This document shows positions 28,973 through 39,413 of a DNA stretch of 52,469 bases, in pieces. The DNA is from a virus (Duplodnaviria > Caudoviricetes), in IMG/VR virus record IMGVR_UViG_3300032224_001181, positions 1-52,469 of that record. The stretch is one strand, 5' to 3'. The notes under the pieces are model-generated. The model searched no databases. It was given only the letters and a program-made list of their open reading frames with translations, and was not told the origin of the DNA. The position numbers and the translations under genes were made by a program. Positions within the stretch are counted from its first letter, which is position 1; every line of letters begins with the position of its first letter.

Positions 28973-28998
28973 ACTTTTCCAATACCTAGCCCAAATTT

Positions 28999-30090
28999 AT
29001 GTATACCTACAATCAGATTAAAAGACTGCACTTAGAGATAAGTTCCTTATGCCAAGCATCGTGTCCTATGTGTGCTAGGAACAATCACGGCGGGTTGGAA
29101 AATCCAAATCTTATAGAAAAGAATTTAGATTTAGAGTTTTTTAAGAAAGCGGTACCTGTAGAATTCCTACAACAATTGGAATCTATATCCATGTGCGGTA
29201 ACTTTGGGGATCCTATCCTTAATAACGATCTAATAGAGTTTGTTCAATACATCTCTACCAATAACCCAGCTATCGATTTACACATTCATACTAATGGTAG
29301 TGCTAGAACAACCAAATGGTGGGAAGATTTATTTGATGCAATGCCAGCAAGACATTTAGTGTTGTTTGGCATTGATGGGTTTGAAGATACCCATAGTCTT
29401 TATAGAATAGGAACAGATTTTAATAAAATTATTAAAAATGCAAAAGCATTTATTGACAAGGGCGGAAAAGCTCGATGGAATTTTATTACATTTAAACATA
29501 ATGAGCATCAATTAGCCGATGCGGCAAAGATGGCCAGTGATTTAGGATTTGAAAGTTTTCACGAGAAACAAACTTCAAGATTCATTGGCAGTAAAGAATT
29601 TAACGTGTTTGATAAAGCTGGCAATGTTACCCATACATTAATGCCGCCGGGTGAACAAAAGATAGCATTCATAGATCGCAAGACTGTTGAAAATTATAGA
29701 GAAGTAGTTAAGACTGCTAAAATTAGCTGTGAAGTAGAAGAACAAAAAAGCATATATCTAGATGCACAAGGGCACCTATGGCCGTGTTGTTTCCTAGCAA
29801 GTGTTCCGTACCAATATGCAACCCCTGACAAATTAGTGTTTAATTTTATGAATGATAGTACAACATCGTTAATGAAAGCACTAGAAGCATTTGGTGGGAT
29901 ATCTGGCTTAGATTTACGAAACAGAACTATACAAGAAATTGTAGACAGCAACGAATGGCAGACTGTTTGGAATGAAGGATTTAAAACTAACTCAATACTG
30001 ATGTGTGCAAGAGTTTGTGGTAAATTTCCTGAGGTCGAAGTAAGTCAATGCAGAGATCAATTCTTAGAGTTGAAAGAATTCAATGAATAG
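28999..30090 (+). CDS. Radical SAM / SPASM-twitch protein
   Basis: CQASCPMC, GNFGDP, HTNG, GIDG; C..G.LWPCC..C...C. Confidence 0.9.
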   Translation: MYTYNQIKRLHLEISSLCQASCPMCARNNHGGLENPNLIEKNLDLEFFKKAVPVEFLQQLESISMCGNFGDPILNNDLIEFVQYISTNNPAIDLHIHTNGSARTTKWWEDLFDAMPARHLVLFGIDGFEDTHSLYRIGTDFNKIIKNAKAFIDKGGKARWNFITFKHNEHQLADAAKMASDLGFESFHEKQTSRFIGSKEFNVFDKAGNVTHTLMPPGEQKIAFIDRKTVENYREVVKTAKISCEVEEQKSIYLDAQGHLWPCCFLASVPYQYATPDKLVFNFMNDSTTSLMKALEAFGGISGLDLRNRTIQEIVDSNEWQTVWNEGFKTNSILMCARVCGKFPEVEVSQCRDQFLELKEFNE

Positions 30091-30931
30091 AATAAAGATA
30101 GCAACTTCTTACGATGATAGTTGGTTAGAGATAGATAGGCCGCAGCCTCTTATTGATAATAAAATAGAAGATATTACTAGATCTATTTCTGCTGGAAATG
30201 ATTTTACAGATCAAGTTTATATTGACTTTAAAAAAGAAATGACTAACTGGATATTCAGTAGTCAACTTAATCGACTTGCCGGTTTTGATAGTTTTAATCG
30301 TGCAGACATTATAAACGGTTGTACACAATTTATTGATAATTTGTATATGCAAGGGCCTGTCCAGGTACTTAGACACGATTACAGATATCATGAAAGATTA
30401 GGATTAGCATACATTAAAGATGTAGGATCATTAATACCGGGCATTCCGTTAATTATAGCAATGCCTTTTCCTAGTATTGGTAATACACACCCCGACATGG
30501 AGGAAATACTCAATGAAGCGAAAAACAAGGGAATTGATGTACATGTGGATGGCGCTTGGCTTACTTGCTGTCGCGGAATTAACTTTGATTTATCACATCC
30601 ATCTATTAAGTCAGTCGCTGTCAGCTTGAGTAAAGGATTAGGTCTAGGATGGAATAGAATTGGCTTGCGTTGGATACGAAATGTATCGCACTCTGACTCG
30701 ATATCTATCATGAATGATTTCCATATGAATAATCGAGCATTGAGTATCATTGGGTTACATTTTATTAGAAATTTGAAACCAGACTACTTATGGGAAACGC
30801 ACGGAACTAAAAATGTTAAGATTTGCGGTGATTTTAATTTAACACCAACCCCATGCATACACTTAGCATTAAAAGACAATCAACCAGTTGGACTAAGTCC
30901 TCTAATAAGATATTTAGAAAACAATGAATGA
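30083..30931 (+). CDS. PLP-dependent fold-type-I-like enzyme
   Basis: VHVDGAW (PLP Asp) and SLSKG (Schiff-base Lys), RIG. Confidence 0.65.
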   Translation: MNRIKIATSYDDSWLEIDRPQPLIDNKIEDITRSISAGNDFTDQVYIDFKKEMTNWIFSSQLNRLAGFDSFNRADIINGCTQFIDNLYMQGPVQVLRHDYRYHERLGLAYIKDVGSLIPGIPLIIAMPFPSIGNTHPDMEEILNEAKNKGIDVHVDGAWLTCCRGINFDLSHPSIKSVAVSLSKGLGLGWNRIGLRWIRNVSHSDSISIMNDFHMNNRALSIIGLHFIRNLKPDYLWETHGTKNVKICGDFNLTPTPCIHLALKDNQPVGLSPLIRYLENNE

Positions 30932-32309
30932 CAAGATAAAACAATACGTTAAGTTAATTGAAGAGAAAACTGGCAGTCCTACATTCTGTGCGTTGCCCTG
31001 GATACATCTAGCAACGAGGCCAAACGGAGATGCTAGACTATGCTGTGTTACCAACGCCAGTGGAGCGCACACTGGAGATCATACTGTGGGGTTAGTTAAG
31101 AAAGAAAATGGACAGCCTGCTAACTTTGGCAAGGACACTCCATTAAGTGCATTTAATAATGAGTATATGCGCGATGTACGCAAGACAATGCTAGAAGGCA
31201 AGATACCTGCAAGCTGTACCAAATGCTTTGAGGAAGAGTCTAACGGTGTTGTAAGTAAACGCTTGTGGGAAATGTATGAGTGGAATAACGATAACTTAGA
31301 TTTTGCTCAATTGATTGCTGATACTGATGCTACCGGTGCTGTACCTCCAGTGATACGTTATCTAGATTTGAGACTAGGACATACCTGCAATCTCAAGTGT
31401 GTAATGTGTAGCCCACACGACAGTAGTCGTTGGTTACAGGACCACGAAAAGATTGTTACATTAACTAAAAGTCCTATTGTATTGAAACAGATAGAGTGGG
31501 ATCCAGCACAGTTTGACAACTACTGGTATGAGAAAACAGAATTTTGGGACGACATATTTGAACAGATCCCGCATATAACACAGTTGTACTTTGCAGGCGG
31601 TGAGCCTTTGATGATTAAAGAACACAGACGTTTCTTAGACGAAATTATCAAACGTGGTTATGCTAAGAATATTAGCCTGCGTTATAATAGTAATGGTATA
31701 TTTGTTAATGAAGACATTATCAATGTGTGGAGTCAATTTAAACAGGTTCGATATGCATTCAGTATTGATGCAGTAGGGGAGCGCAATCATTATATTAGAT
31801 TTCCAACTAAATGGGCCGACATCGAGCATAGTCTTAGACTAATGGACAATGCTCCAGACAATGTGCATTGTGCCATAGCCTGTGCAGTACAGATATTCAA
31901 TGTCAAGCATATCATAGATTTTGCTAAATGGAAATTAATGCAAGGCTACAAGAAGATTAACAAATTTAAACTAGACGAATACGAGTCAGGTGGTGGTATT
32001 ATTAATTTGCATTTACTATACATTCCTACGTTTCTAAGTGCTAGAATTCTACCTAAAGAAGATAAAGAACAGTTAGTAAAAGATTTTACAGAATTTAAAC
32101 AGTGGCTATGGGACAACTACAGACAAGATGATAACTTTTGGAAGATCAATCCTTACGGATGGCAACGCTGGGAAGGTATTTTAAAATTTGTTATGGCAGA
32201 AGATCATACACACTTGTTACCGGACTTTAAAGAATACGCAACTAACTTAGACAACATAAGGAACACAAATGCTAGAGATACCTTTCCTGAGCTCATTGAT
32301 ATCATCTAA
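30924..32309 (+). CDS. Radical SAM protein with N-terminal twitch-like domain
   Basis: FCALPW..G..RLCC..C.KC, then CNLKCVMC, FAGGEP, SNG, SID. Confidence 0.9.
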   Translation: MNDKIKQYVKLIEEKTGSPTFCALPWIHLATRPNGDARLCCVTNASGAHTGDHTVGLVKKENGQPANFGKDTPLSAFNNEYMRDVRKTMLEGKIPASCTKCFEEESNGVVSKRLWEMYEWNNDNLDFAQLIADTDATGAVPPVIRYLDLRLGHTCNLKCVMCSPHDSSRWLQDHEKIVTLTKSPIVLKQIEWDPAQFDNYWYEKTEFWDDIFEQIPHITQLYFAGGEPLMIKEHRRFLDEIIKRGYAKNISLRYNSNGIFVNEDIINVWSQFKQVRYAFSIDAVGERNHYIRFPTKWADIEHSLRLMDNAPDNVHCAIACAVQIFNVKHIIDFAKWKLMQGYKKINKFKLDEYESGGGIINLHLLYIPTFLSARILPKEDKEQLVKDFTEFKQWLWDNYRQDDNFWKINPYGWQRWEGILKFVMAEDHTHLLPDFKEYATNLDNIRNTNARDTFPELIDII

Positions 32310-32955
32310 TCCCTATAACTTTAAAAATTTTCTACCACCTAGTCAATATAGGCCAACTGAATATAAACTAAATTCAAACGGTTATCGCACTAACGAATTC
32401 AAGGACATTGATTGGAAAGAATCTGTAGTTATTTTTGGTTGCTCTATGGTGTTTGGTGAAGGGCTAGATGAAGAGCAAACTATAGGCTATCAATTAAGCA
32501 ACATAATCAACAGGCCCGTTATCAATATGGGATCTATAGGTACATCTATACAATTTTCATTATATAATGCCATAGTGTTAAAAGAGAATTTTCCAACGCC
32601 CAAAGCTGTTATAAATTTATGGACAGAGATTGGTAGGTCAACAGTATTCTCAACTCCTAAGCTAAAACACTACGGTGCTTGGAATATTCCAGAAGGGTCG
32701 TTTGGAGATTTGTGGATCCAAGATGTTAGTCACTGCGAAGCTAACGCAAAATTTGCTCAGATAATAAGCAAACAATTTTGGAAAGATACAAACTATCTTG
32801 AAGCTACATTCTTCAAGGCCACACGCAAAGCACTTAAATGTCCACATTTGAGAGGTCACTTGAATTCAACTGATTATGCTAAAGATAATCAACATCCCGG
32901 ACCATTGGCTACTGCCGCTGTGGCTAACCGGCTTGCGAAGGAGCTGCCTTTGTAA
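32269..32955 (+). CDS. SGNH-hydrolase-like protein
   Basis: NSNGYR, IFGCSMVFG, INMG..G, DNQHPG; paralog of 19054. Confidence 0.65.
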   Translation: MLEIPFLSSLISSNPYNFKNFLPPSQYRPTEYKLNSNGYRTNEFKDIDWKESVVIFGCSMVFGEGLDEEQTIGYQLSNIINRPVINMGSIGTSIQFSLYNAIVLKENFPTPKAVINLWTEIGRSTVFSTPKLKHYGAWNIPEGSFGDLWIQDVSHCEANAKFAQIISKQFWKDTNYLEATFFKATRKALKCPHLRGHLNSTDYAKDNQHPGPLATAAVANRLAKELPL

Positions 32956-33838
32956 GGGGAATATCAGCCGCGCAGGTACAGAAATCACGATCGCAAACCA
33001 CTGGCTCGCTAGGCACAACGAATGTTCCCTCGTATATATTACCGAGTCTTCCACCAACTCTACAAGTTGCTCGATGTACGTCTCCGTCCCAATTTATCAT
33101 TAGGCTTTCTATACCTGCGTTGCATGACCATCCCTTATATTGATTAAGGTGTTCTTTGATTACATCGTTAGCATGTTTTGGTATTTGAGTACTATTATCA
33201 TCTAACCAAATAATAACATTGGTCTTAACAGTTGCTTCCTGATCCATCATCCATTTAAAATCATCAGGGTGATATCGCATGTCATCAAAGATATTATGAT
33301 CTCCTTCTGTCCAACGTATCCTACGTACAGTGAAAGGAAATTCCATAATCTTTAAGTACTCTGCAACGTCTTTAACGTTTGCCATGTGTTCGTGATGTGC
33401 CATTAGTTGTACAACTATAGATGTCTTACTAAAATTCTTAAGACTTGTTATAGTATGAATAACTCGCTTGTAATCGTATTCAAAGTGTACGCTAAACACA
33501 TATTGGTCTACACGTAATCTATCATACCACTCAGGCTTACGTGTGCCATTGGTAGTCACGCTGATCCAATGAATACTAACGTGTTTAGCATAGTTGATTA
33601 GTTCTTCAAACTTAGGATGTACTGTAGGCTCTCCACCTGTAAAACTAAGACGTATGGGTTTTCCTAACGATACTAATTTATCTACTGTTGATTTAAGTAT
33701 TTCTATATCAGTGTGTTCGCTGGTATTGTCGTGTATAGCAGACGGGCAATATGTACAGTCGTAGTTACAACGTTTACCAAGGTTCCATTCTACCTTGATA
33801 GAGCTTTCATGTCCCCATCGTCCTGTTATTTTAAGCAT
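32924..33838 (-). CDS. Radical SAM / SPASM-like protein
   Basis: CNYDCTYC, TGGEP, TTNG; WSCNAG..C..C....C.C..D. Confidence 0.9.
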   Translation of the reverse strand: MLKITGRWGHESSIKVEWNLGKRCNYDCTYCPSAIHDNTSEHTDIEILKSTVDKLVSLGKPIRLSFTGGEPTVHPKFEELINYAKHVSIHWISVTTNGTRKPEWYDRLRVDQYVFSVHFEYDYKRVIHTITSLKNFSKTSIVVQLMAHHEHMANVKDVAEYLKIMEFPFTVRRIRWTEGDHNIFDDMRYHPDDFKWMMDQEATVKTNVIIWLDDNSTQIPKHANDVIKEHLNQYKGWSCNAGIESLMINWDGDVHRATCRVGGRLGNIYEGTFVVPSEPVVCDRDFCTCAADIPLTKAAPSQAG

Positions 33839-34811
33839 GATGTATTGGAATAACTTTCTTTGGCATGTTAGTCTCTGCCATGCAATTACATGAAAACTGT
33901 TTACAGATAACTGATTGAATTTTTGGATTAAATTTTAATGCAAAATCTGTATCTCGCAAATTATATTTTTGCTTTTCGTTATATAAAGACTGGTTACACG
34001 TCCCTGATACTGTTCCAGAATGATCTATATGTACCCAATCGACTCCTAGGCTACATTCCCATTTATAAAAGTTATTCCACCGATTTAGTAAGATACTGTT
34101 GTCCTTTAATTTAATTCTTTTACCAGTGTCAGTTGTAACAACCACTTTACTTTTATAGTATTTGTTGTTTTTCCAAAACCAAAACGGATTAGGCCCCCTG
34201 GCTCTGTGTAGATCTAAAATACGCAGTTGTTCTTCAGTATATGTTATTCCATGCCCTAATAATTCTGAATACCGAATAGTCCATCGGTTTTTACTTAGTT
34301 TTAATTCTTCCACAACATCAATGCATTTATTCCATTCATTGGGATCCATCATAACTGATGCACTGACTACTACATTTTGTGTATATAGATAGTCGCAGAT
34401 ATCTTTAAATTTTTGTATATCTGCATATTGATGATGATAACTTATTTGTATTCTGTTAAAGTAAGGTGCAATCTTTTTCCAGTAATCTAGTTTTTTAGAA
34501 CCGTTAGTTGTCATTGATATTAAACAATTAAAGTTTTCTTTAAGATACTGTGTAAACTCTGCCAGTTTTGGCCAGTGTGTTGGCTCTCCGCCTACATAAC
34601 TTATATCAAATATTTCTTTTCCGTTATTTTTATAATGATTCAACAGGTGTGTTATATTTGTTTTAAAAGTTTCATAATCGGGAAATTTATAATCTCCTTC
34701 ATTTGCTCCTGGAAAGCAGTACCAACATTTATAGTTGCAGACATTACCGAGACTTAAATTAATTCCTAAAGTCTTGTTGTTCCATCCGTTTTCTACTTTA
34801 ACTAAATTCAT
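33831..34811 (-). CDS. Radical SAM / SPASM-like protein
   Basis: CNYKCWYC, GGEP, TTNG; WEC..G..C..C....C.C. Confidence 0.9.
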   Translation of the reverse strand: MNLVKVENGWNNKTLGINLSLGNVCNYKCWYCFPGANEGDYKFPDYETFKTNITHLLNHYKNNGKEIFDISYVGGEPTHWPKLAEFTQYLKENFNCLISMTTNGSKKLDYWKKIAPYFNRIQISYHHQYADIQKFKDICDYLYTQNVVVSASVMMDPNEWNKCIDVVEELKLSKNRWTIRYSELLGHGITYTEEQLRILDLHRARGPNPFWFWKNNKYYKSKVVVTTDTGKRIKLKDNSILLNRWNNFYKWECSLGVDWVHIDHSGTVSGTCNQSLYNEKQKYNLRDTDFALKFNPKIQSVICKQFSCNCMAETNMPKKVIPIHHA

Positions 34812-36073
34812 ATATAATTGTTGAACTCCGGTGTTACTTTAAAGAAACTTTGACTCCGTGTCTTATCTAGCTTGGTATTGAAGTCTACACACTCGCTCCA
34901 TAGATGTGTAGTATTTTTTGAAGTAATAAAGTTAATCACTCCGTCAATCTGCTTGTTGGTAATGTCTAATAAAATAGGATTAGCTTTAACGTGTTTAAAT
35001 TCTGGAACACGCAACTTAACAGCATTAAGTCTTTTAATTGCCATTGACTTTAACTCGTTAGGCAGTACTTGTATAGACAGCACATTAGGGTAATTGACCA
35101 TGTTAGTATAGAATACAATGCCTAAGTCATCTAGGAAATATTCTATCATCTTATCTAATATTAGTACATTACTTACTTGGACAGCAACGGCCCCAACGAC
35201 TCTGCTGACGTTTGAGATTGTCTGTATCGTTTTAATATTCTCCACAACTTCAGAGAAGTTAGCGTTACCACGTATGTACTCGTAAACATCACCAATGCCA
35301 TCAATGCTGACATTAACGGCAACTGATCTAAAATGTGGCCAATATTCATGTATAGTTCTTCCTTTTGAAATTCCTAATGTTGTGCCATTAGTAGCATATT
35401 TGATTTCTATTTGATGCCCGTAGGGTTTCAACATATCTAGTATTTGAAAATGTTGAGGATCCATTAGAGGCTCGCCGCCTGCAAACTCTACACGACGGAA
35501 GTAAGGCAATAGCTTCTCAAATGATTCCCACCAATTAGGATTATCCTCAAACTTATCCAAGTAGGGTTTCTTCATTAGGTTAAGCTCTTGTATTGCCTTG
35601 ACCATAAAGTTGTTTTCTTTAACATAGAACTCTTCTACTTCTTTCCAATCATTCCAGCTTGTACTATCCATAGGATGGCACATACGACATTTAAGATTAC
35701 ATAAGTTATTAAGTTTAATTTCTATTGTAGGAAACTTAAACGACATAGTCATTTCTGGATGCAGGTGGTCTAATGCATTTGGATACAGATTAATTCGACT
35801 TTCAGGGATAGTGTCTTTGATATGGCGCTGACGTAGACTTTCAACTCCTTGGTCTTCTAATCCAAAACATGGAGCACATTCGGATGGTCTTTCTCCGGAC
35901 AACACCTGTCTTCGTATCCTGCGCATCGTGTCGTTATTCCAAATTTGTTCTAATGTATTATCTTGTATATTGCCAACAGGATGGCTACGGCAACACACTT
36001 GTATAGCACCGTCTTCTCTAGTAGCTAACCCAGTAAATGGATGCATACAAAATGTTTTACTTTGAAAGCTCAT
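34808..36073 (-). CDS. Radical SAM protein with N-terminal twitch-like domain
   Basis: FCMHPF..VCC..C..C, CNLKCRMC, FAGGEP, TNG, SIDG. Confidence 0.9.
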   Translation of the reverse strand: MSFQSKTFCMHPFTGLATREDGAIQVCCRSHPVGNIQDNTLEQIWNNDTMRRIRRQVLSGERPSECAPCFGLEDQGVESLRQRHIKDTIPESRINLYPNALDHLHPEMTMSFKFPTIEIKLNNLCNLKCRMCHPMDSTSWNDWKEVEEFYVKENNFMVKAIQELNLMKKPYLDKFEDNPNWWESFEKLLPYFRRVEFAGGEPLMDPQHFQILDMLKPYGHQIEIKYATNGTTLGISKGRTIHEYWPHFRSVAVNVSIDGIGDVYEYIRGNANFSEVVENIKTIQTISNVSRVVGAVAVQVSNVLILDKMIEYFLDDLGIVFYTNMVNYPNVLSIQVLPNELKSMAIKRLNAVKLRVPEFKHVKANPILLDITNKQIDGVINFITSKNTTHLWSECVDFNTKLDKTRSQSFFKVTPEFNNYI

Positions 36074-36767
36074 ATTGTTTTTTATAACTCCTAACTATTA
36101 ATTCATAAAACTCATTTTTCTTCGATCCGATGAGACCGTGCCCAATCATATGGAGTCTTCTCTGCTTGCTGTAATTAATTACTGAATGATCATTTGTAAT
36201 GTTAACCAATATTGCTTTTCCCGAATTCCACGGAACAACTCCGTGATCGCGCAATGTCATATAACATAACCTAGGATGAAAGATAGCAATATTGATAGGT
36301 ATAATATGATCAAGTATATTGTCTACATTAGGGTTATCGTTGTGTGGTCCAACATATCCGGCCGAGTCAACACTCATAAATCTTACTCTAAGTAATTTTT
36401 CAAAAGGAAGTGATTCCCAGAAGGCTTTGATAGTAGGAGTAATTTCACTTAATTCAGTCCAATGATATGCATCGACAGGTTCATTAAAATTGGTGCCAGT
36501 AACTGTAGTTCCCAAACCGTGAATACACGCAGAAGTCCACCCTAGGTGGTTTTCTCCTTCTCTATGGTCAACCAGATAAGGCAACGCCTGTGTAGATTCT
36601 ATTAACCATTGCTCTAGGTCTATAGTAAGATCGAGCTCTATCCACCCTATAGGCTGTGCAAAAATCCACTTGGCTATTTCTTCGTCGGAGACTAGATCTT
36701 CTGGAATTTTAGTTGGCTTCCACGAACACGATTTATTGTTTTGGTAAAATGTCTCTGCTGACTGCAT
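36057..36767 (-). CDS. AspH-like 2OG-Fe(II) oxygenase
   Basis: RVRFM..PHND..INIAI..HSVIN..R.H; start at ATG 36767 preferred (TAAATA-N5-ATG). Confidence 0.75.
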   Translation of the reverse strand: MQSAETFYQNNKSCSWKPTKIPEDLVSDEEIAKWIFAQPIGWIELDLTIDLEQWLIESTQALPYLVDHREGENHLGWTSACIHGLGTTVTGTNFNEPVDAYHWTELSEITPTIKAFWESLPFEKLLRVRFMSVDSAGYVGPHNDNPNVDNILDHIIPINIAIFHPRLCYMTLRDHGVVPWNSGKAILVNITNDHSVINYSKQRRLHMIGHGLIGSKKNEFYELIVRSYKKQYELSK

Positions 36768-36772
36768 GGTTA

Positions 36773-36803
36773 TATTTAATGCCATTAAAGTAGTAGATAA
36801 ATA
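36773..36803. promoter_or_regulatory. Back-to-back TAAATA boxes (-36773-36778, +36798-36803), each 5 nt from an ATG
   Basis: Divergent junction; no RBS between box and ATG on either side. Confidence 0.65.
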
Positions 36804-36808
36804 TTTCT

Positions 36809-37480
36809 ATGTTACATAAGATACCATTTACAGTACCGCCAGATTTGATTGATAATGTAGTGTCAAAAATAAACGGAACTGATACTATTACAATAAATCA
36901 ACCAACTGGAGATTTCTTTTACGACAATTGGGAATTAAAATCAGAGTATAAAGATACTGCCATTGAGCACATTTATTCCAGTTTACCAAAAAGAAAAGGT
37001 GAAGCAAGGATTATAAGTTTATCTGGTGGAGAAGCATATTCTAGTCATGCCGATATAGATGATAGGTATCATCTAAACTTATCAGGAGATAGATCCTTTT
37101 TAATTGATCTAGATAATCGAACAATGCACGAAACGCAAACAGATGGTTGTTGGTATCTAATGGATGCAGGCAGGAAACATTCTGCTGTTAATTTTGGTTA
37201 CAAAATACGGTATCAGTTAGTAGTTAGAAAACTGCTAGACAAAGGAAATATCAAAGAACCAATCAATGTTAAAATTACAGTCAAGGAAAATATCAATCTT
37301 GATACCGCTAGATTTATTTTTGACGATGTAATAAGCAGTTGTCTTAATATTATTAACAAAGAAGGATTTTTAGATAATTTTAGTTATTCTAATAATGTTA
37401 TAAAATTTACAACAGATGCACAGCATGTTTATAAACTAGAAGATATACTACCAAAAGAATTTAAAATGGAAATAATATGA
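36809..37480 (+). CDS. AspH-like 2OG-Fe(II) oxygenase
   Basis: ARII.L..SHADIDDRYHL..MDAG..HSAVN.G..R. Confidence 0.7.
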   Translation: MLHKIPFTVPPDLIDNVVSKINGTDTITINQPTGDFFYDNWELKSEYKDTAIEHIYSSLPKRKGEARIISLSGGEAYSSHADIDDRYHLNLSGDRSFLIDLDNRTMHETQTDGCWYLMDAGRKHSAVNFGYKIRYQLVVRKLLDKGNIKEPINVKITVKENINLDTARFIFDDVISSCLNIINKEGFLDNFSYSNNVIKFTTDAQHVYKLEDILPKEFKMEII

Positions 37481-37827
37481 GTTGGGGATACCACCTTTTA
37501 CTTGATTGTTCTGAGTGCAATCAAAGCATCGATAATGATACAATAATTGAAAAATTTGTTGTAGAGTTGATACCTGCTATAGGTATGCAAGCAGTTGATG
37601 GCCCTCGAATAGAATATCTCCTCCCTAAGACTCCTAATGCGGGCTATAGTATGATGCAAATGATACAAACAAGCAATATCACTGCTCACTTTGTTAGTGC
37701 TACCAGGGACGGATACATCGATCTGTTTAGTTGCAAGAAATTTAACAAAGATATTGTTACTGCATTGGTTAAAAAATACTTTAATCCAAAGATCATTAAA
37801 GAAACATTTTTAGAGAGACAAGCATAA
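37477..37827 (+). CDS. S-adenosylmethionine decarboxylase proenzyme (SpeD-like)
   Basis: GYHLLLD, GYS...IQTSNITAH (Ser self-cleavage site), YIDLFSCK. Confidence 0.8.
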   Translation: MSWGYHLLLDCSECNQSIDNDTIIEKFVVELIPAIGMQAVDGPRIEYLLPKTPNAGYSMMQMIQTSNITAHFVSATRDGYIDLFSCKKFNKDIVTALVKKYFNPKIIKETFLERQA

Positions 37828-39413
37828 TGAGGATAGTTATTGTAGGCGGTGGCACTGCTGGCTGGATGACTGCCGGCTATCTTTCAAAGTATTACAAGGA
37901 TAGCACGATTACTGTTGTAGAATCTCCAACGATACCTAAAATCGGAGTAGGAGAAAGTGTTACTCCTCACGTAACTAATTTCTTTGACGAGATAGGAGTA
38001 GATAGGCATCATTGGATGAAACATACTTCTGCTGTGTACAAATTAGCTAACAAATTTGTTAACTGGAAAAAAGGACAAGGCGAAAGCGAATACTTTAGTT
38101 TTACATACACTACATCAGCAGATAGCTTTTACAAAGATATAACTCCCGCCATATCAAAGGAAGATTTTTCAGGAAGGGTTGATATTGAACGGACTACAGA
38201 CTACTTGATAGAAATGGCAAAGCGTGGTGACATTGACCGGTTTGACAAGTATTTTAATCCACAGTTTCATTACATGGAAAAGAATGCAAGTCCGTTCATA
38301 GATGATGATATGTTACTAAATGGTCCTTTTAGTTTTAGTCAACACATCAATGCAGAACTTGCTGGTAATTATATTAGAGATTATATAGCTGTTCCTAATG
38401 GTGTAGTACACATCATTGCAACAGTTACTACAGTTAATCACGAAGGTGATAGTATATCAAGTATAGAGTTAGATAATGATGCTAAACTAACTGCTGATCT
38501 CTTTATAGATTGTACAGGATTCCACAAGGCTCTTATCACAGAACTAGGTTGGAAAGAAAAGATTTACAGCGATCACCCGATCGATAGTGCGTGGGTATGT
38601 CAAACAAACTACACAGACCAAGATAAAGAACTGGTAAATTATACACAAAGTATTGCAGAGCCTCACGGTTGGAGATTTAAAATAGGGCTGTACCATAGAA
38701 TGGGCAATGGTTACTGTTTTAGTTCTAAACATGTTAGTCCTGAAGATGCACTTGCACACTTTGAGAAACAGATAGGTCCACAAAAAACTAAACCTAGACT
38801 AATCAAATGGCAACCAAAGCGATTAGAAAAATTTGGAAGTGGTAATGTTGCCGCAATTGGGCTAAGTTGTGGGTTCGTCGAGCCATTAGAAGCTAATGCA
38901 TTATATACTATTATTACCAGTATTCGAAGACTTAATAATGTAATAGAAGAATATCAACATACTAAAGAATTTGATTTTAGCAAGTATAACGAAAAGATGT
39001 CATATACTATTGATGATATTGCAGATTTTATATTGGTACACTATACCCTAAGTTCTAGAACAGATACTGCTTTCTGGATTGATATGCAGGCACTAGGTAA
39101 AAAACTCAATCATAAAGACCTAGTATGGAACAAGTACAATCATACTAATAATTCTATGTATGGAGCTATCACAGGATATACGCTCTTTCCAGATTACATG
39201 TGGTGCCAACTTGCTATATCGTGGGGCATGCATGATATATATTCGCCAAAGATCAACGAACACACGTACAATATTGCAAGACATCACTATCAATACAGCG
39301 AAAAGAAACACAATATGATATCATCAGTTGTTGATAAAAATAGTGCATGGCACAAACAGTTTATATTCGATGGACTAACACCATTAGAATGGGAAGAAAA
39401 ATATATAAAATGA
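37827..39413 (+). CDS. Tryptophan-halogenase-family flavoprotein
   Basis: GGGTAGW, IGVGES, AVYKLA (catalytic-Lys position), FIDCTGF, GFVEPLEA, DFI..HY. Confidence 0.9.
   Translation: MRIVIVGGGTAGWMTAGYLSKYYKDSTITVVESPTIPKIGVGESVTPHVTNFFDEIGVDRHHWMKHTSAVYKLANKFVNWKKGQGESEYFSFTYTTSADSFYKDITPAISKEDFSGRVDIERTTDYLIEMAKRGDIDRFDKYFNPQFHYMEKNASPFIDDDMLLNGPFSFSQHINAELAGNYIRDYIAVPNGVVHIIATVTTVNHEGDSISSIELDNDAKLTADLFIDCTGFHKALITELGWKEKIYSDHPIDSAWVCQTNYTDQDKELVNYTQSIAEPHGWRFKIGLYHRMGNGYCFSSKHVSPEDALAHFEKQIGPQKTKPRLIKWQPKRLEKFGSGNVAAIGLSCGFVEPLEANALYTIITSIRRLNNVIEEYQHTKEFDFSKYNEKMSYTIDDIADFILVHYTLSSRTDTAFWIDMQALGKKLNHKDLVWNKYNHTNNSMYGAITGYTLFPDYMWCQLAISWGMHDIYSPKINEHTYNIARHHYQYSEKKHNMISSVVDKNSAWHKQFIFDGLTPLEWEEKYIK

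Noticed and set aside
28965-28986. GGTATT/AATACC inverted repeat
   Set aside because: Only 6 bp, no U-tract; too weak to call
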